Below the pieces are notes generated by a model. It was not told the DNA's origin. It ran no database searches and was given only the letters and a program-made list of their open reading frames with translations. Below, piece by piece: positions 38,384 to 47,260 of a stretch of DNA of 64,000 nt. The number at the start of each line of letters is the position of its first letter. Position 1 is the first letter of the stretch. The stretch spans positions 1 to 64,000 of the forward strand of contig JBBRLJ010000022.1 in the NCBI GenBank assembly GCA_038231435.1, read 5' to 3'. This DNA is from Planctomycetota bacterium (lineage in GTDB: Bacteria; Planctomycetota; UBA11346). The position numbers were made by a program, and so were the translations under genes.

Positions 38384-38505
38384 CGGAGTCGGCCGAGGAT
38401 CGGCTGGCCCCGGCAGTGCCTTGGCGACAGGCTCTCCCTGGTACGGCGTCTCCCGGCATCGCTTCTTCCTGCATCGCCTCTTCCTGCATCGCATAGCAGA
38501 GCGCC

Positions 38506-39237
38506 ATGGCCAAGCATTCCCACTGGGACAACATCAAGCACAAGAAGTCCGCGAACGACGCCAAGAAGGCGAGCGTCATCGCGCGCATGGGCAAGCTCAT
38601 CACCGTGGCGGTGCAGCTCGGCGGACCGAACCTCGACGACAATCCGCGATTGCGCCTGGCGGTGGCCAAGGCCCGTTCAGCGCACATGAACATGGAGGCG
38701 ATCGAGCGCGCCATCAAGAAAGCCGCGGGCGAGGGTGCCGCCGGCAAGCTGATGGTCGAGCTGAACTATGAAGGCTACGCTCCGGGCGGCGTCGCGGTGG
38801 TGGTTTCGGCGCTCACCGACAACCGCAACCGCACCGCGCCCGAGATCAAGAAGCTGTTCGAGCGCGCCGGCGGCGCCATCGGCGCGCCCGGCTGCGTGTC
38901 GTGGCAGTTCAAGGACCGCGCTCTGTTCCTGGTCGACTCGCCATCCGAGGACGCGGTGATCGAGGCCCTGCTTGCGGCCAACGCAGACGCCGAGGAGATC
39001 GTCGCCGACGAGGGCCAGGTCTCGATCGCCGCGGCGCCCAGCCAGTTCGACGCGGTGTCCAAGGCGCTCGCCGCTGCCAAGCTGTCGGTGGTCAGTGCCG
39101 ACTTCGGCAAGATCCCGGACAACATGGTCGCAGTGACCAAGGCGGATGTGGCCGCCAACGTGCGCATGCTCGTCGACTCCCTCGAGGAGCACGAGGACGT
39201 GCAGGACGTCTACCACAACGCCGAGCTGCCCGACTGA
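38506..39237 (+). CDS. yebC: YebC/PmpR-family protein
   Basis: MAKHSHWDNIKHKK, NPRLR.AV.KA, YEGYAPGGVA, TDNRNRT, DVQDVYHN. Confidence 0.96.
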   Translation: MAKHSHWDNIKHKKSANDAKKASVIARMGKLITVAVQLGGPNLDDNPRLRLAVAKARSAHMNMEAIERAIKKAAGEGAAGKLMVELNYEGYAPGGVAVVVSALTDNRNRTAPEIKKLFERAGGAIGAPGCVSWQFKDRALFLVDSPSEDAVIEALLAANADAEEIVADEGQVSIAAAPSQFDAVSKALAAAKLSVVSADFGKIPDNMVAVTKADVAANVRMLVDSLEEHEDVQDVYHNAELPD

Positions 39238-39332
39238 CCGTTAATCATGCTCCCGGCCGGTAGGTGCCTCCCCGGCCTTGCTTTCGGCGTGCCTATCCCC
39301 AAGCTTCCGCGCCCCTCTCATTGGAGTCCGTT

Positions 39333-39587
39333 ATGGCCCGTGGCATGCATCGGCACCGCCGAATCCGTCTCGACAACCTCGCCGCGACCAAGATCGAGAC
39401 CCGCCGCGCCGCCGCGCCGGGCAAGGCCAAGGCACGCGTGCGTCGCGACGCCAGGGTCATCGCTAAGATCAAGGCCACGAAGACCGGCGTCGGCTATGCC
39501 GCCGAAGTGCAGAGCTGGCTCTCACGCCGCCTCGACAAGCCCTTCGCGAAGATCACCGCCGCCGAGATCACCGCAGCCATCGGCTGA
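39333..39587 (+). CDS. Small highly basic hypothetical protein (84 aa)
   Basis: ggag RBS, good codon usage, MARGMHRHRRIRL...RVRRDAR...SWLSRRLDKP..KIT..EI. Confidence 0.75.
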   Translation: MARGMHRHRRIRLDNLAATKIETRRAAAPGKAKARVRRDARVIAKIKATKTGVGYAAEVQSWLSRRLDKPFAKITAAEITAAIG

Positions 39588-39607
39588 GCCGCTATGCAGG
39601 TCAGAGA

Positions 39608-39631
39608 GCAGGCCAGGGCGACCTGGCCTGC
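39608..39631 (+). terminator. Stable hairpin after the basic-protein gene
   Basis: GCAGGCCAGG-GCGA-CCTGGCCTGC with a GNRA loop but no U-tail. Confidence 0.45.
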
Positions 39632-39707
39632 AAGTGATTGTAGCCCAACGACTTGGCCGATTGATCGCCCTGTCTCACCTGCCGCATCAGCACCCTCTGC
39701 TTTGCTT

Positions 39708-39735
39708 CTGACACTCTCGCGTCGCGCCGTATAGT
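39708..39735 (+). promoter_or_regulatory. Putative sigma-70 promoter
   Basis: CTGACA-N16-TATAGT. Confidence 0.5.
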
Positions 39736-39842
39736 TTGCGCGAACCCCTGCGTGTGAGACGGTTTACGTCGCATGTGCCGGACTCGGAATGAACCTGGGT
39801 CGTCGACCCGCGTTGATCCGTGAACCTTTCAGGAGCGCCATC

Positions 39843-41489
39843 ATGGCTGAAGACTACCAGGATCAGAACGACGAACTGCTCGACGAAGAGCAGATGGAGG
39901 GGGAAGAAGAAGAGGGCCGCAAGGCGTCCAATGGTTGGACCGGCTGGCTCATCAGCTTCTCGTTCCACGCCCTGCTGATCCTGCTGCTCAGCGGTGTCTA
40001 CTGGCTGGTCAAGGAGCCCGACACCGACACCCCGCCCGTGCGCGTCGCGACCATCGAGCCTCCTCCGAAGAAGGAAGAGAAGCCGAAGCAGGATCGCCAG
40101 CTCGAGACCACCGTCGAGCTCGACGTGGCCGCGGAAGCGGACAAGCCGTCACCGATCACCGCCCTCGAGCTCCCGGTCGAGACCTCGGAGCGCGAGGAAG
40201 ATTCCGACAATCCGAATCCCAAGGGCCGCGAGGAAGCGGTCGCCGACTCCGAAATGGGCGGCAGCGGCGCCTTCATGGCGATCGGCGCGGGCGGCGGCTC
40301 GGCCGGCATGTTCGGCAGCCGTTCCGGCGGCGGCAAGAAGCGTGCCATCGGCAAGTTCGGCGGTAGCCGCGGCAGCGAGAGCGCCGTCGACGCCGCGCTG
40401 CGCTGGTTCAAGAAGCACCAGAGCGCGAACGGCATGTGGGACCACGCCAAGTACACCACCAACTGCACCGAGGATCCGAAGTGCGAGCCCGGCAAGGACC
40501 GTGAAGGCAAAGTCGACGTCGCCATGACCGGCTACGCGATCCTCTGCTTCCTCGGCGCCGGCTACGACCACCAGACCCCGAACAAGTACAAGGCCGTCGT
40601 CAAGAAGGGCCTCGACTACCTGGTGTCCATCCAGACCGCCGACGGCATGTACGGCGAGCGCAACTACGAGAACGCGGTAGCGACCATGGCGGTGGCCGAG
40701 GCCTTCGCGATGACCGGCGATCCCGCGCTCAAGGATCCCGCGCAGAAGGGCGTGAACGCCGTTCTCGCCCACCAGAACCAGGCCGGCGGCGCCGCTGGCG
40801 ACAAGAAGGCTGAAGGCTACGGCAATGGTCTCGGCTGGGACTACGTCGGACCGGACAACCGCAACGACTCGTCGGTGACCGGCTGGAACGTCATGGCGCT
40901 CAAGAGCGCCCTGGCCGGACAGCTGAACGTCGGCAACGGCATGGAAGGCGCGAAGCGCTGGCTCGAGAAGACCTGGAAGGCCACCAATCCGGATTGGGCC
41001 AAGCTCGACGCCTACAAGGGCGAGTCGCGCTTCCCCTACACCTTCGATGGTGCTTCCGAGGCGGTCGACATCGCCGCGGCTCCCGCCGCGGGCGCGCCTT
41101 CGGCGGACGGCAAGGATCTGGCCTGCGTCGGCGCGGTGTGCTCGGTGTTCCTCGGCCATCACGCCGGCGACACCATGCTCGAGACCCTCGCCAACTACGT
41201 CATGGCCCACGAGACGCCCGCCACCTACCCCTGCAACACCTACAAGATGTACTACAACACCTTGGCGGTCTTCCAGGTCGGCGGCGAGAAGTGGCAGAAG
41301 TGGAACAGCACGGTCCGCGACATGCTGGTGAACTCGCAACGCAAGGGCCAGGGCTGCTTCGACGGCAGCTGGGACTTCGAGGGAACGCGCTTCCCCGGAG
41401 CCGAGGTCGGCCGCGTGCTCAGCACCGCATACTGCTGCCTCTGCCTCGAGGTGTACTACCGCTACGCCCAGGTGGGCGGCAAGAAGTAG
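39843..41489 (+). CDS. Membrane-anchored prenyltransferase/squalene-oxidase-repeat protein
   Basis: aggag RBS, acidic N-terminus, TM with S..FH motif, Pro/Glu linker, QW-like repeats (ALRWF..HQ...G.W, GLDYLVS.Q..DG), DSSVTGW.VMALKSA, LEVYYRY. Confidence 0.85.
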   Translation: MAEDYQDQNDELLDEEQMEGEEEEGRKASNGWTGWLISFSFHALLILLLSGVYWLVKEPDTDTPPVRVATIEPPPKKEEKPKQDRQLETTVELDVAAEADKPSPITALELPVETSEREEDSDNPNPKGREEAVADSEMGGSGAFMAIGAGGGSAGMFGSRSGGGKKRAIGKFGGSRGSESAVDAALRWFKKHQSANGMWDHAKYTTNCTEDPKCEPGKDREGKVDVAMTGYAILCFLGAGYDHQTPNKYKAVVKKGLDYLVSIQTADGMYGERNYENAVATMAVAEAFAMTGDPALKDPAQKGVNAVLAHQNQAGGAAGDKKAEGYGNGLGWDYVGPDNRNDSSVTGWNVMALKSALAGQLNVGNGMEGAKRWLEKTWKATNPDWAKLDAYKGESRFPYTFDGASEAVDIAAAPAAGAPSADGKDLACVGAVCSVFLGHHAGDTMLETLANYVMAHETPATYPCNTYKMYYNTLAVFQVGGEKWQKWNSTVRDMLVNSQRKGQGCFDGSWDFEGTRFPGAEVGRVLSTAYCCLCLEVYYRYAQVGGKK

Positions 41490-41510
41490 CATCCCGATCA
41501 TCGGATTCGT

Positions 41511-41547
41511 ACCGAACCCCCGCGGAAACGCGGGGGTTCGGTTTTTT
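41511..41547 (+). terminator. Rho-independent terminator
   Basis: ACCGAACCCCCGCG-GAAA-CGCGGGGGTTCGGT followed by a T run. Confidence 0.92.
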
Positions 41548-41690
41548 ATGGACCTGCTCCTTCGGCCCGCGCCTCCCGGTGCCAGTCGATCCAGAAGGCG
41601 GGTCGCGCGGTGCGCATCATCTGCCTTGTCGGAACCGTTCGCGGCCTACCCTGTGGCTCCGCCCGATCCGGGGTGCGCAAGGAGTCTGCC

Positions 41691-44270
41691 GTGGGTTTTC
41701 TGGGTTTTGGCCGGCCGAAGTGGAAGCATGCGGATGCCGAGGTGCGGCTGCGCGCCGTCGCCGATCTCGAAGGCCAGCAAGGCGTGCTGCGCGATCTGGC
41801 GCTCGGCGATGCCGACGCGCGCGTGCGCGCCGCCGCCGCGAGCCGCGTCACCGACGCCACCGGCCTGCAGGAGATGGCGGCGCGGGGCGATGACGCGGTC
41901 AAGCGCATCGCGCGCGAGCGCCTGTCCGGGGTCGCCGAGCGGCTGCTGCGCACAAAGCCGCTGAGTGCCTGTGGCGCCATCTTCGACAGCGTCAACGACC
42001 AGAAGTCGCTCGCCGATCTCAGCCTGAACGCCCAGGACGCCGCCGTGCGCGCCGCGGCCTTCGCCAAGATGATCGCCGCTCCCGAGCCGAGCCAGGCGCT
42101 GCTGACCACCATCGCGATCCAAGACGCGCGCGGCGAGATCGGCCTGAAAGCGGTCGAGCGCATCGAGCGCCGCGGCATGCTCCGCGACATCGCGCGCAAG
42201 GCCAAGCACCAGAGCGTGCGTGCGGCGGCGCAAGCGCGAGCCGAGCGCGTCGAAGCCGATGCCGGTAAGCCCTCGCCCGAGCAGTCGCGCAAGGCGCGCC
42301 TGCGCGCGCTCGAGCCGCTCATGCCCTTGGCCACCCGCCTGGTGGTGTCCTCGGATCTCGACAAGGCCGAATCCGAATGGACGTCGTTGGAGCGGCAGTG
42401 GCGCGAAGCGCTCGCGCTCGGCGGCGACGTTCCGCTCGAGGATGCGGCGAAGAGCCTGGACGAACGTTTCACGCGCATGCGCCGTGAGGCGGTGACGCGG
42501 CGCGAGGACGAACGCCAGCGCACGCAGGCGGGCATAAGAGCGCGCGAAGCCCTCCTCGCCGAGCTCGCCGCCATGGCGCCGGTCGACTCCGCTGATGCGG
42601 TACGCGTGCGCACCGAGTTGCTCGCTCGCTGGTCGGCCCTCGGGCCGTTGGCGCGCGCGCACTACGCTCCGCTCGAAAGCCGCTTCCGCGCCGAGCTCGA
42701 ACGCCTGTGTCCCGCGACCGGCGCCTTCTCGGCGGTACCCGCATCATCCGCATCCGGTGGCATGGCGGTGTCCATGCCGGCCGCGCCGATCGCGGTCTCG
42801 CCCGAGCATGCCTCCGAGCTCGAGGCGATTGGCGCCGAGGCCGAGCGCCTCAGCACCGCCGATGATTTTCGCGAAACCATGCAGCACTACCACCAGCTGC
42901 ACAAACGCTGGCTGAACCTCGCTGGCGGGTTGCCCGATTCTCATCCGCTGAAGGCGCGCTTCACCGCCGCCTACGCCACATTCAAGGATCGCTGGCGCGC
43001 CGCGCGCGAGAGCCGCCAGGCGGCCTACGGCGAGCGCACCGCGCAGCTGCAGGCCCTGGTTGCCGAGGCCGAGGAGCTGGTGCCCCGCTCCGCGCAGCTC
43101 GCCGCCGACGACCAGGTGGGGTTGCGCGACATGGATCGCGCGATCCGCGATCTGCAGGCGCGCTGGAAATCAGTGGGCTCGGTCAAGCCCCAGCAGGCGC
43201 TGCCGCTGCGCACGCGTTTCCGCGCGGCGTGCGACGCCGCCTATGCTCCGGTCGCTGCCAGCCGCGAGGCAGAGGACTGGGTGCGCTTCGCCAATCTCGC
43301 CAAGGCCGAGCAGCTGATCGCGCAGGTTGGCGCGCTGGCGACGAGCGAGGACTTCGCGGCGATCGCCGGCACCGTCAAGCGCGCCCATCAGGCCTGGAAG
43401 GATTGCGGACCGTTGCCGCGCGAGCGCCAGCTGGACGCGTGGCAGCGCTTCAAGACCGCGTGCGACGCGCAGTTCGAGCGCTGCCGACCGTACTTCGCCG
43501 AGCTCGACGCCGCTCGCGTCGGCAACCTGGACAAGAAGCGTGCCCTGGTCGCCGAGGCCGAGGCGCTCTCATCGCACGGCCCGGTCGGACTCGCGGGCAG
43601 CCCGGCGGATCTCGCGGCGAAGCGCGCTGCAACTGAACGCTTCAAGGCGGTGCAGGAGGAATGGCGCGCGATCGGACCGGTCCCTCGCGAGCATGATCGC
43701 GAGATCTGGAAACGCTTCCGCGCCGCGTGCGACACCTTCTATCAGCATCGCCACACCGAGCGCGCCGCCGAGCGCGACGAGGAGCAGGCGAACCTGGTGG
43801 CCAAACAGGCGCTGTGCGCGCAGGTCGAGGAGTTCGCCGTCACCGCCGAGAGCGCCAAGGCGCAGAACCGCGGGCTGCTGACGCCCTCGGACGTGATGCG
43901 CCGGGCGAAGGATCTGCAGCAGCGCTGGAAGGCGATCGGGCACGTTCCCCGTGACCAGGTCGAGGCGCTGTGGACGCGGTTCCGCGGCGGGATGGACCGT
44001 GTCTACGAGACCATCAGCGAGCACCGCGACGCCGAGAACGCCGAACGCATCGCCAATCTCGAGAAGAAGCGCGCGCTGATCAAGGAGGTCGAGGAGATCC
44101 TCGCCCACGAGAACCCGCGCTGGTTCAAGGACGAGGTCCGCGAACTGCAGAAGAAGTGGCGCGACATCGGCCACATCCCACGCGAGAACATGGACGAGGT
44201 CAACGACCGCTTCGCGACCCTGTGCCGCAAGGTCATGGCCTCGGAGCAGCAGGGCGCGGACAGCAAGTAG
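41691..44270 (+). CDS. DUF349-domain protein with HEAT-like N-terminus
   Basis: aaggag RBS, GTG start, PKWKH.D..VR..AV, repeated 'LQ..WK.IG.VP......W.RF..ACD.F' and 'NL.KK.AL' units. Confidence 0.88.
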   Translation: MGFLGFGRPKWKHADAEVRLRAVADLEGQQGVLRDLALGDADARVRAAAASRVTDATGLQEMAARGDDAVKRIARERLSGVAERLLRTKPLSACGAIFDSVNDQKSLADLSLNAQDAAVRAAAFAKMIAAPEPSQALLTTIAIQDARGEIGLKAVERIERRGMLRDIARKAKHQSVRAAAQARAERVEADAGKPSPEQSRKARLRALEPLMPLATRLVVSSDLDKAESEWTSLERQWREALALGGDVPLEDAAKSLDERFTRMRREAVTRREDERQRTQAGIRAREALLAELAAMAPVDSADAVRVRTELLARWSALGPLARAHYAPLESRFRAELERLCPATGAFSAVPASSASGGMAVSMPAAPIAVSPEHASELEAIGAEAERLSTADDFRETMQHYHQLHKRWLNLAGGLPDSHPLKARFTAAYATFKDRWRAARESRQAAYGERTAQLQALVAEAEELVPRSAQLAADDQVGLRDMDRAIRDLQARWKSVGSVKPQQALPLRTRFRAACDAAYAPVAASREAEDWVRFANLAKAEQLIAQVGALATSEDFAAIAGTVKRAHQAWKDCGPLPRERQLDAWQRFKTACDAQFERCRPYFAELDAARVGNLDKKRALVAEAEALSSHGPVGLAGSPADLAAKRAATERFKAVQEEWRAIGPVPREHDREIWKRFRAACDTFYQHRHTERAAERDEEQANLVAKQALCAQVEEFAVTAESAKAQNRGLLTPSDVMRRAKDLQQRWKAIGHVPRDQVEALWTRFRGGMDRVYETISEHRDAENAERIANLEKKRALIKEVEEILAHENPRWFKDEVRELQKKWRDIGHIPRENMDEVNDRFATLCRKVMASEQQGADSK

Positions 44271-44276
44271 ACAGAC

Positions 44277-44428
44277 GTCCGTCGTCGCGTCGTCCGTCAT
44301 CGGACTGCGACAACAGGAATGACACCTTCCGGTTTACGGCATGGGCGGGAGCTTACGGCTCTCGACGGCTCGCGACTGTCGTCGACGATGGACGTCGACG
44401 ACGGACGACGGACGACGAGACGATGGAC
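44277..44428. repeat. Inverted arrays of heptamer repeats (GTCCGTC / GGACGAC) between convergent genes
   Basis: Left arm gtccgtc-gtcgcgtc-gtccgtc and right arm cgacgac-ggacgac-ggacgac-gagacgat-ggac are mutually complementary. Confidence 0.7.
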
Positions 44429-45355
44429 CTATCTCTCCGTGAGCAGGGTCTCCGGCGTGAACCCGTATGCGATGCGCAGTGCGCCTTCCGACCCAGCGCC
44501 ATTGCGCAGCAGATCCATGAGCGCCGACAGGTGGCTCTGGTGGTTCGGATGCAGGAGCGGCACGCACACCGCCATCGCCAGGGCCTCGTCCGGCTCGGGC
44601 GCCGTCAGCAGCGCTGCGATCGCCGCGGCTCCCGCCGCCTGCCGCGCCTCTTGCATGCGCCGCGGGCTGACGAAGGCGTCTCCAGAGCGTGCCGCCGCAT
44701 AGGCGCACAACCCCCGCTCGAACCAGGGAGGCCAGCCGGCCGTGGGCGGAGCAGTCAGGCGCAGCGCCAGGGCGCAGGTCGCCGAGGCGATCGCCGGGCG
44801 TGGGTTGCCGAGCCGCGCCGGGATGCGGATCATCGGCAGTGCCGGCCGGACCAGCAGGCGCTGGGTGGCGGGGAATCCATCGAGCCCGGCGTCCCCTGAC
44901 ACCACCACCACCGGGCCGATCCAGCGCGGCCAAGGCCACGGTTGCAGCAGGGCCTGCACGTCAGCCACCGATCCCGAGGCGGCTTCTCCGATCCCGGTGG
45001 CGGCGTCGCCGACCACGAGCGCGGCGGCGCGGGTCGCGGGGAGCTGCAGGCGGGCGGACTCGCGCGCCACCCACAGTGCGAGGGTGGTGTCGAGCAAGCG
45101 CGGCGCGCTCAACGGCAGCGTGAGGTGAGACAGCTCCGCCCATGCCGCGTCCTCCTGCCCGGCTCCGAGCGCCGCGGCGATGCGCGCGTCGATGGGCGCA
45201 TCCTCGCGCCCGAGCAGCAGCTTGGCGCGCACGTCCGCGGGCAGGCAATCGAGCGGCACCACCACCGGCACCACGGCTCCGGCGAAGATCGCCGCGTGCG
45301 CGTCGACTGCGGCGGGTCTCGCCGCCCATTCGCTGAATGCCAGGCCAGGGTCCAT
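44429..45355 (-). CDS. Hypothetical protein, degenerate peptidase-MA/gluzincin-like
   Basis: ggag RBS and PPWFERGL motif (cf. P.W..EG.A). No HExxH. Confidence 0.55.
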   Translation of the reverse strand: MDPGLAFSEWAARPAAVDAHAAIFAGAVVPVVVPLDCLPADVRAKLLLGREDAPIDARIAAALGAGQEDAAWAELSHLTLPLSAPRLLDTTLALWVARESARLQLPATRAAALVVGDAATGIGEAASGSVADVQALLQPWPWPRWIGPVVVVSGDAGLDGFPATQRLLVRPALPMIRIPARLGNPRPAIASATCALALRLTAPPTAGWPPWFERGLCAYAAARSGDAFVSPRRMQEARQAAGAAAIAALLTAPEPDEALAMAVCVPLLHPNHQSHLSALMDLLRNGAGSEGALRIAYGFTPETLLTER

Positions 45356-45499
45356 GCTCCACAGTGTCGGCCCGCGCTGCGCCGTGAAACGGGGATGTCC
45401 TCGGACGCGATCGACCGCAAACGACCGCGATGGGCGATGCGCCTGCGTTCGCCGCTGGTTTTACCGATGGCGTGGGCATAGTGCTGGGCGGGAGAGGGG

Positions 45500-46234
45500 A
45501 TGGCCATGTTCCGTCGACGCACCGACCAGGTCTACGCCACCCTCCAGCAGGTGCAGCGCCGCATCACCGAGCAATCGGGCTCCGGTCAGCCCACGCTCGA
45601 ACCCAAGCAGCCGCAGGCGGGGATGTTCTCGCCGCTGCACGACGCGCTCCCGCGCGTGCAGCAGAAGCCTCTTGTCGGCATGCAGGCCGAGGCCCCGCCG
45701 CCCCCGCCACAGGTATTCGTGCAGCCACAGCGCCGCTTCGTTCTGCCGCTGTCCGGGCAGCTGGCGGTGACCCTGATCGTCTTGTGGATCGCCTCGTGCG
45801 CGCTCTGCTTCGTGCTCGGCCAGCACGAGCGCGACCGCCGCGGTCCCTCGTCCGATGCCGGCTTCGCGGCGGGCGACTCGGGCAATCGTGACGTCCCCCC
45901 GCAGGTGGAAGCCACCGCGCCGACCAAGCCGCTCGGGGGGGATCTGCTCATCCTGACCCAGGTGCCGACCACCACGCCCGAGATGGAGCAGTTCTACCGC
46001 ACGCGTGCCGCGCAGCTCAACAAGATCATGATCGACAACGCGCAGCGCGGTTGGAAGCCGTGGTTTGGCGTGCGTCGTCCGACCAGCGGCGGACTCCAGC
46101 TCGTCTACGGTGAAGTGGCCGACGGCCAGTTCGGCATCGTGCGCAAGGATTTCGACGACTTCGCGCGCATGATGGCGCAGCCGCCGCCCAAGGGTGGGGG
46201 GTATGCGAGCGCGACGTGGGTCAAAACCAATTAG
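45500..46234 (+). CDS. Bitopic membrane protein, possible SPOR-like C-terminal domain
   Basis: RBS ggagagg, Pro/Gln-rich cytoplasmic part, one TM helix, small periplasmic alpha/beta domain. Confidence 0.6.
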   Translation: MAMFRRRTDQVYATLQQVQRRITEQSGSGQPTLEPKQPQAGMFSPLHDALPRVQQKPLVGMQAEAPPPPPQVFVQPQRRFVLPLSGQLAVTLIVLWIASCALCFVLGQHERDRRGPSSDAGFAAGDSGNRDVPPQVEATAPTKPLGGDLLILTQVPTTTPEMEQFYRTRAAQLNKIMIDNAQRGWKPWFGVRRPTSGGLQLVYGEVADGQFGIVRKDFDDFARMMAQPPPKGGGYASATWVKTN

Positions 46235-46360
46235 CTTTTGTTGGGGGACTACTTCCTTCGGACGGCAGATGCCCCGAAGGGCATCTGAGATCGCTTCGCG
46301 ATCCCTCCAACCTCGGCCTGCCCCTACCGACCGGGGCCTTACGCGGGCCTGCCCCCCAGG
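46234..46360 (+). repeat. Structured intergenic repeat, copy C
   Basis: GCTTTTGTTGGGGGACTAC...CAGATGCCCCGAAGGGCATCTG..GATCGCTTCGCGATC.CCTCCAAC...CTGCCCCCCAGG, homologous to copies A and B. Confidence 0.8.
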
Positions 46361-46421
46361 AAGAAACGGGCAGGTGGGGATGGCGGGGCAGACATCCATC
46401 GATCGAAAATATACCTAGTTC

Positions 46422-47111
46422 ATGAGCACCTCGTCTGTCGTTCCTGGGTTCGTGTCCGAGCGCTTTCCGCGGCATGCGGGGCTGTGGGCCCGGGTCGAGC
46501 CGCGGCTGCCGGCGGGGGAGTTGGCGCACGATCGGCAGCACATGGAGCGGGTGTACCGCTGGTCGCTGAGGCTTGCGCCCGAGGCTGGCGCGGATCCGGA
46601 TCTGGCCGGGGCGACGTCATTGGTGCACGATTTGGCGTTCGTGCCCAAGGACAGCGCGGATCGCGCGCTCGGGGGCGAGCGCTCGGCGGCGCTAGCAGGG
46701 GCTGAGCTTGCGGCGTGCGGATACGCGCCGGCCGAGGTCGCATCGATATCCGCGGCGGTGCGCACCTCGTCGTGGTCGCGCGGGCTCGAACCGGCGAACG
46801 AGCTCGGGGTGGTGCTGCAGGATGCCGACCGTCTGGATGCCATCGGCGCTGTCGGGCTGATGCGCAACCTGGCGTGCGCGCAGTGGATGTCGCGGCCAGA
46901 GCGACCGGGCACGCTCTACCATCCCCAGGATCCCTTCGCCCGTGGCGGGCGGCAGCTAGACGATCGCACCCACGCGCTCGACCACTGCTACGCCAAGCTG
47001 CTGAAGCTCGCGGCGGGGATGCGCCTGCCCACGGCGCGCGCCGAAGGTGCTCGACGCCACGAGGCGCTGTTGGCGTTCATCCACGAGCTCGAGCTGGAAC
47101 TCGGTCCATGA
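46422..47111 (+). CDS. HD-domain phosphohydrolase (YedJ-like)
   Basis: HD..H..RV, LVHDL, QDADRLDAIGAVG..R, LDH.Y.KLLKL. Confidence 0.9.
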   Translation: MSTSSVVPGFVSERFPRHAGLWARVEPRLPAGELAHDRQHMERVYRWSLRLAPEAGADPDLAGATSLVHDLAFVPKDSADRALGGERSAALAGAELAACGYAPAEVASISAAVRTSSWSRGLEPANELGVVLQDADRLDAIGAVGLMRNLACAQWMSRPERPGTLYHPQDPFARGGRQLDDRTHALDHCYAKLLKLAAGMRLPTARAEGARRHEALLAFIHELELELGP

Positions 47112-47163
47112 GATCGGCCGAGGGGGGACACGAGGATTCCGCATCTATTCCGGCCGCTCCGGC

Positions 47164-47193
47164 TTGACCGTTGCGTCGCTCGGCTCATAGTTT
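47164..47193 (+). promoter_or_regulatory. Promoter of the leuS leader
   Basis: TTGACC-N18-TAGTTT, placing the TSS at or near the ATG at 47201. Confidence 0.6.
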
Positions 47194-47200
47194 CGGCGCC

Positions 47201-47260
47201 ATGCGCAGCTGCACCATTGGTCTGGTCGGGCTTCGACTTATCCGGGGGTTCTCGGCGTAA
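47201..47260 (+). CDS. Putative leuS leader peptide MRSCTIGLVGLRLIRGFSA
   Basis: 19-codon ORF with 3 Leu (CTG, CTT, CTT), 2 Ile and 1 Val. The stop codon sits in the loop of a GC-rich hairpin. Confidence 0.6.
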   Translation: MRSCTIGLVGLRLIRGFSA

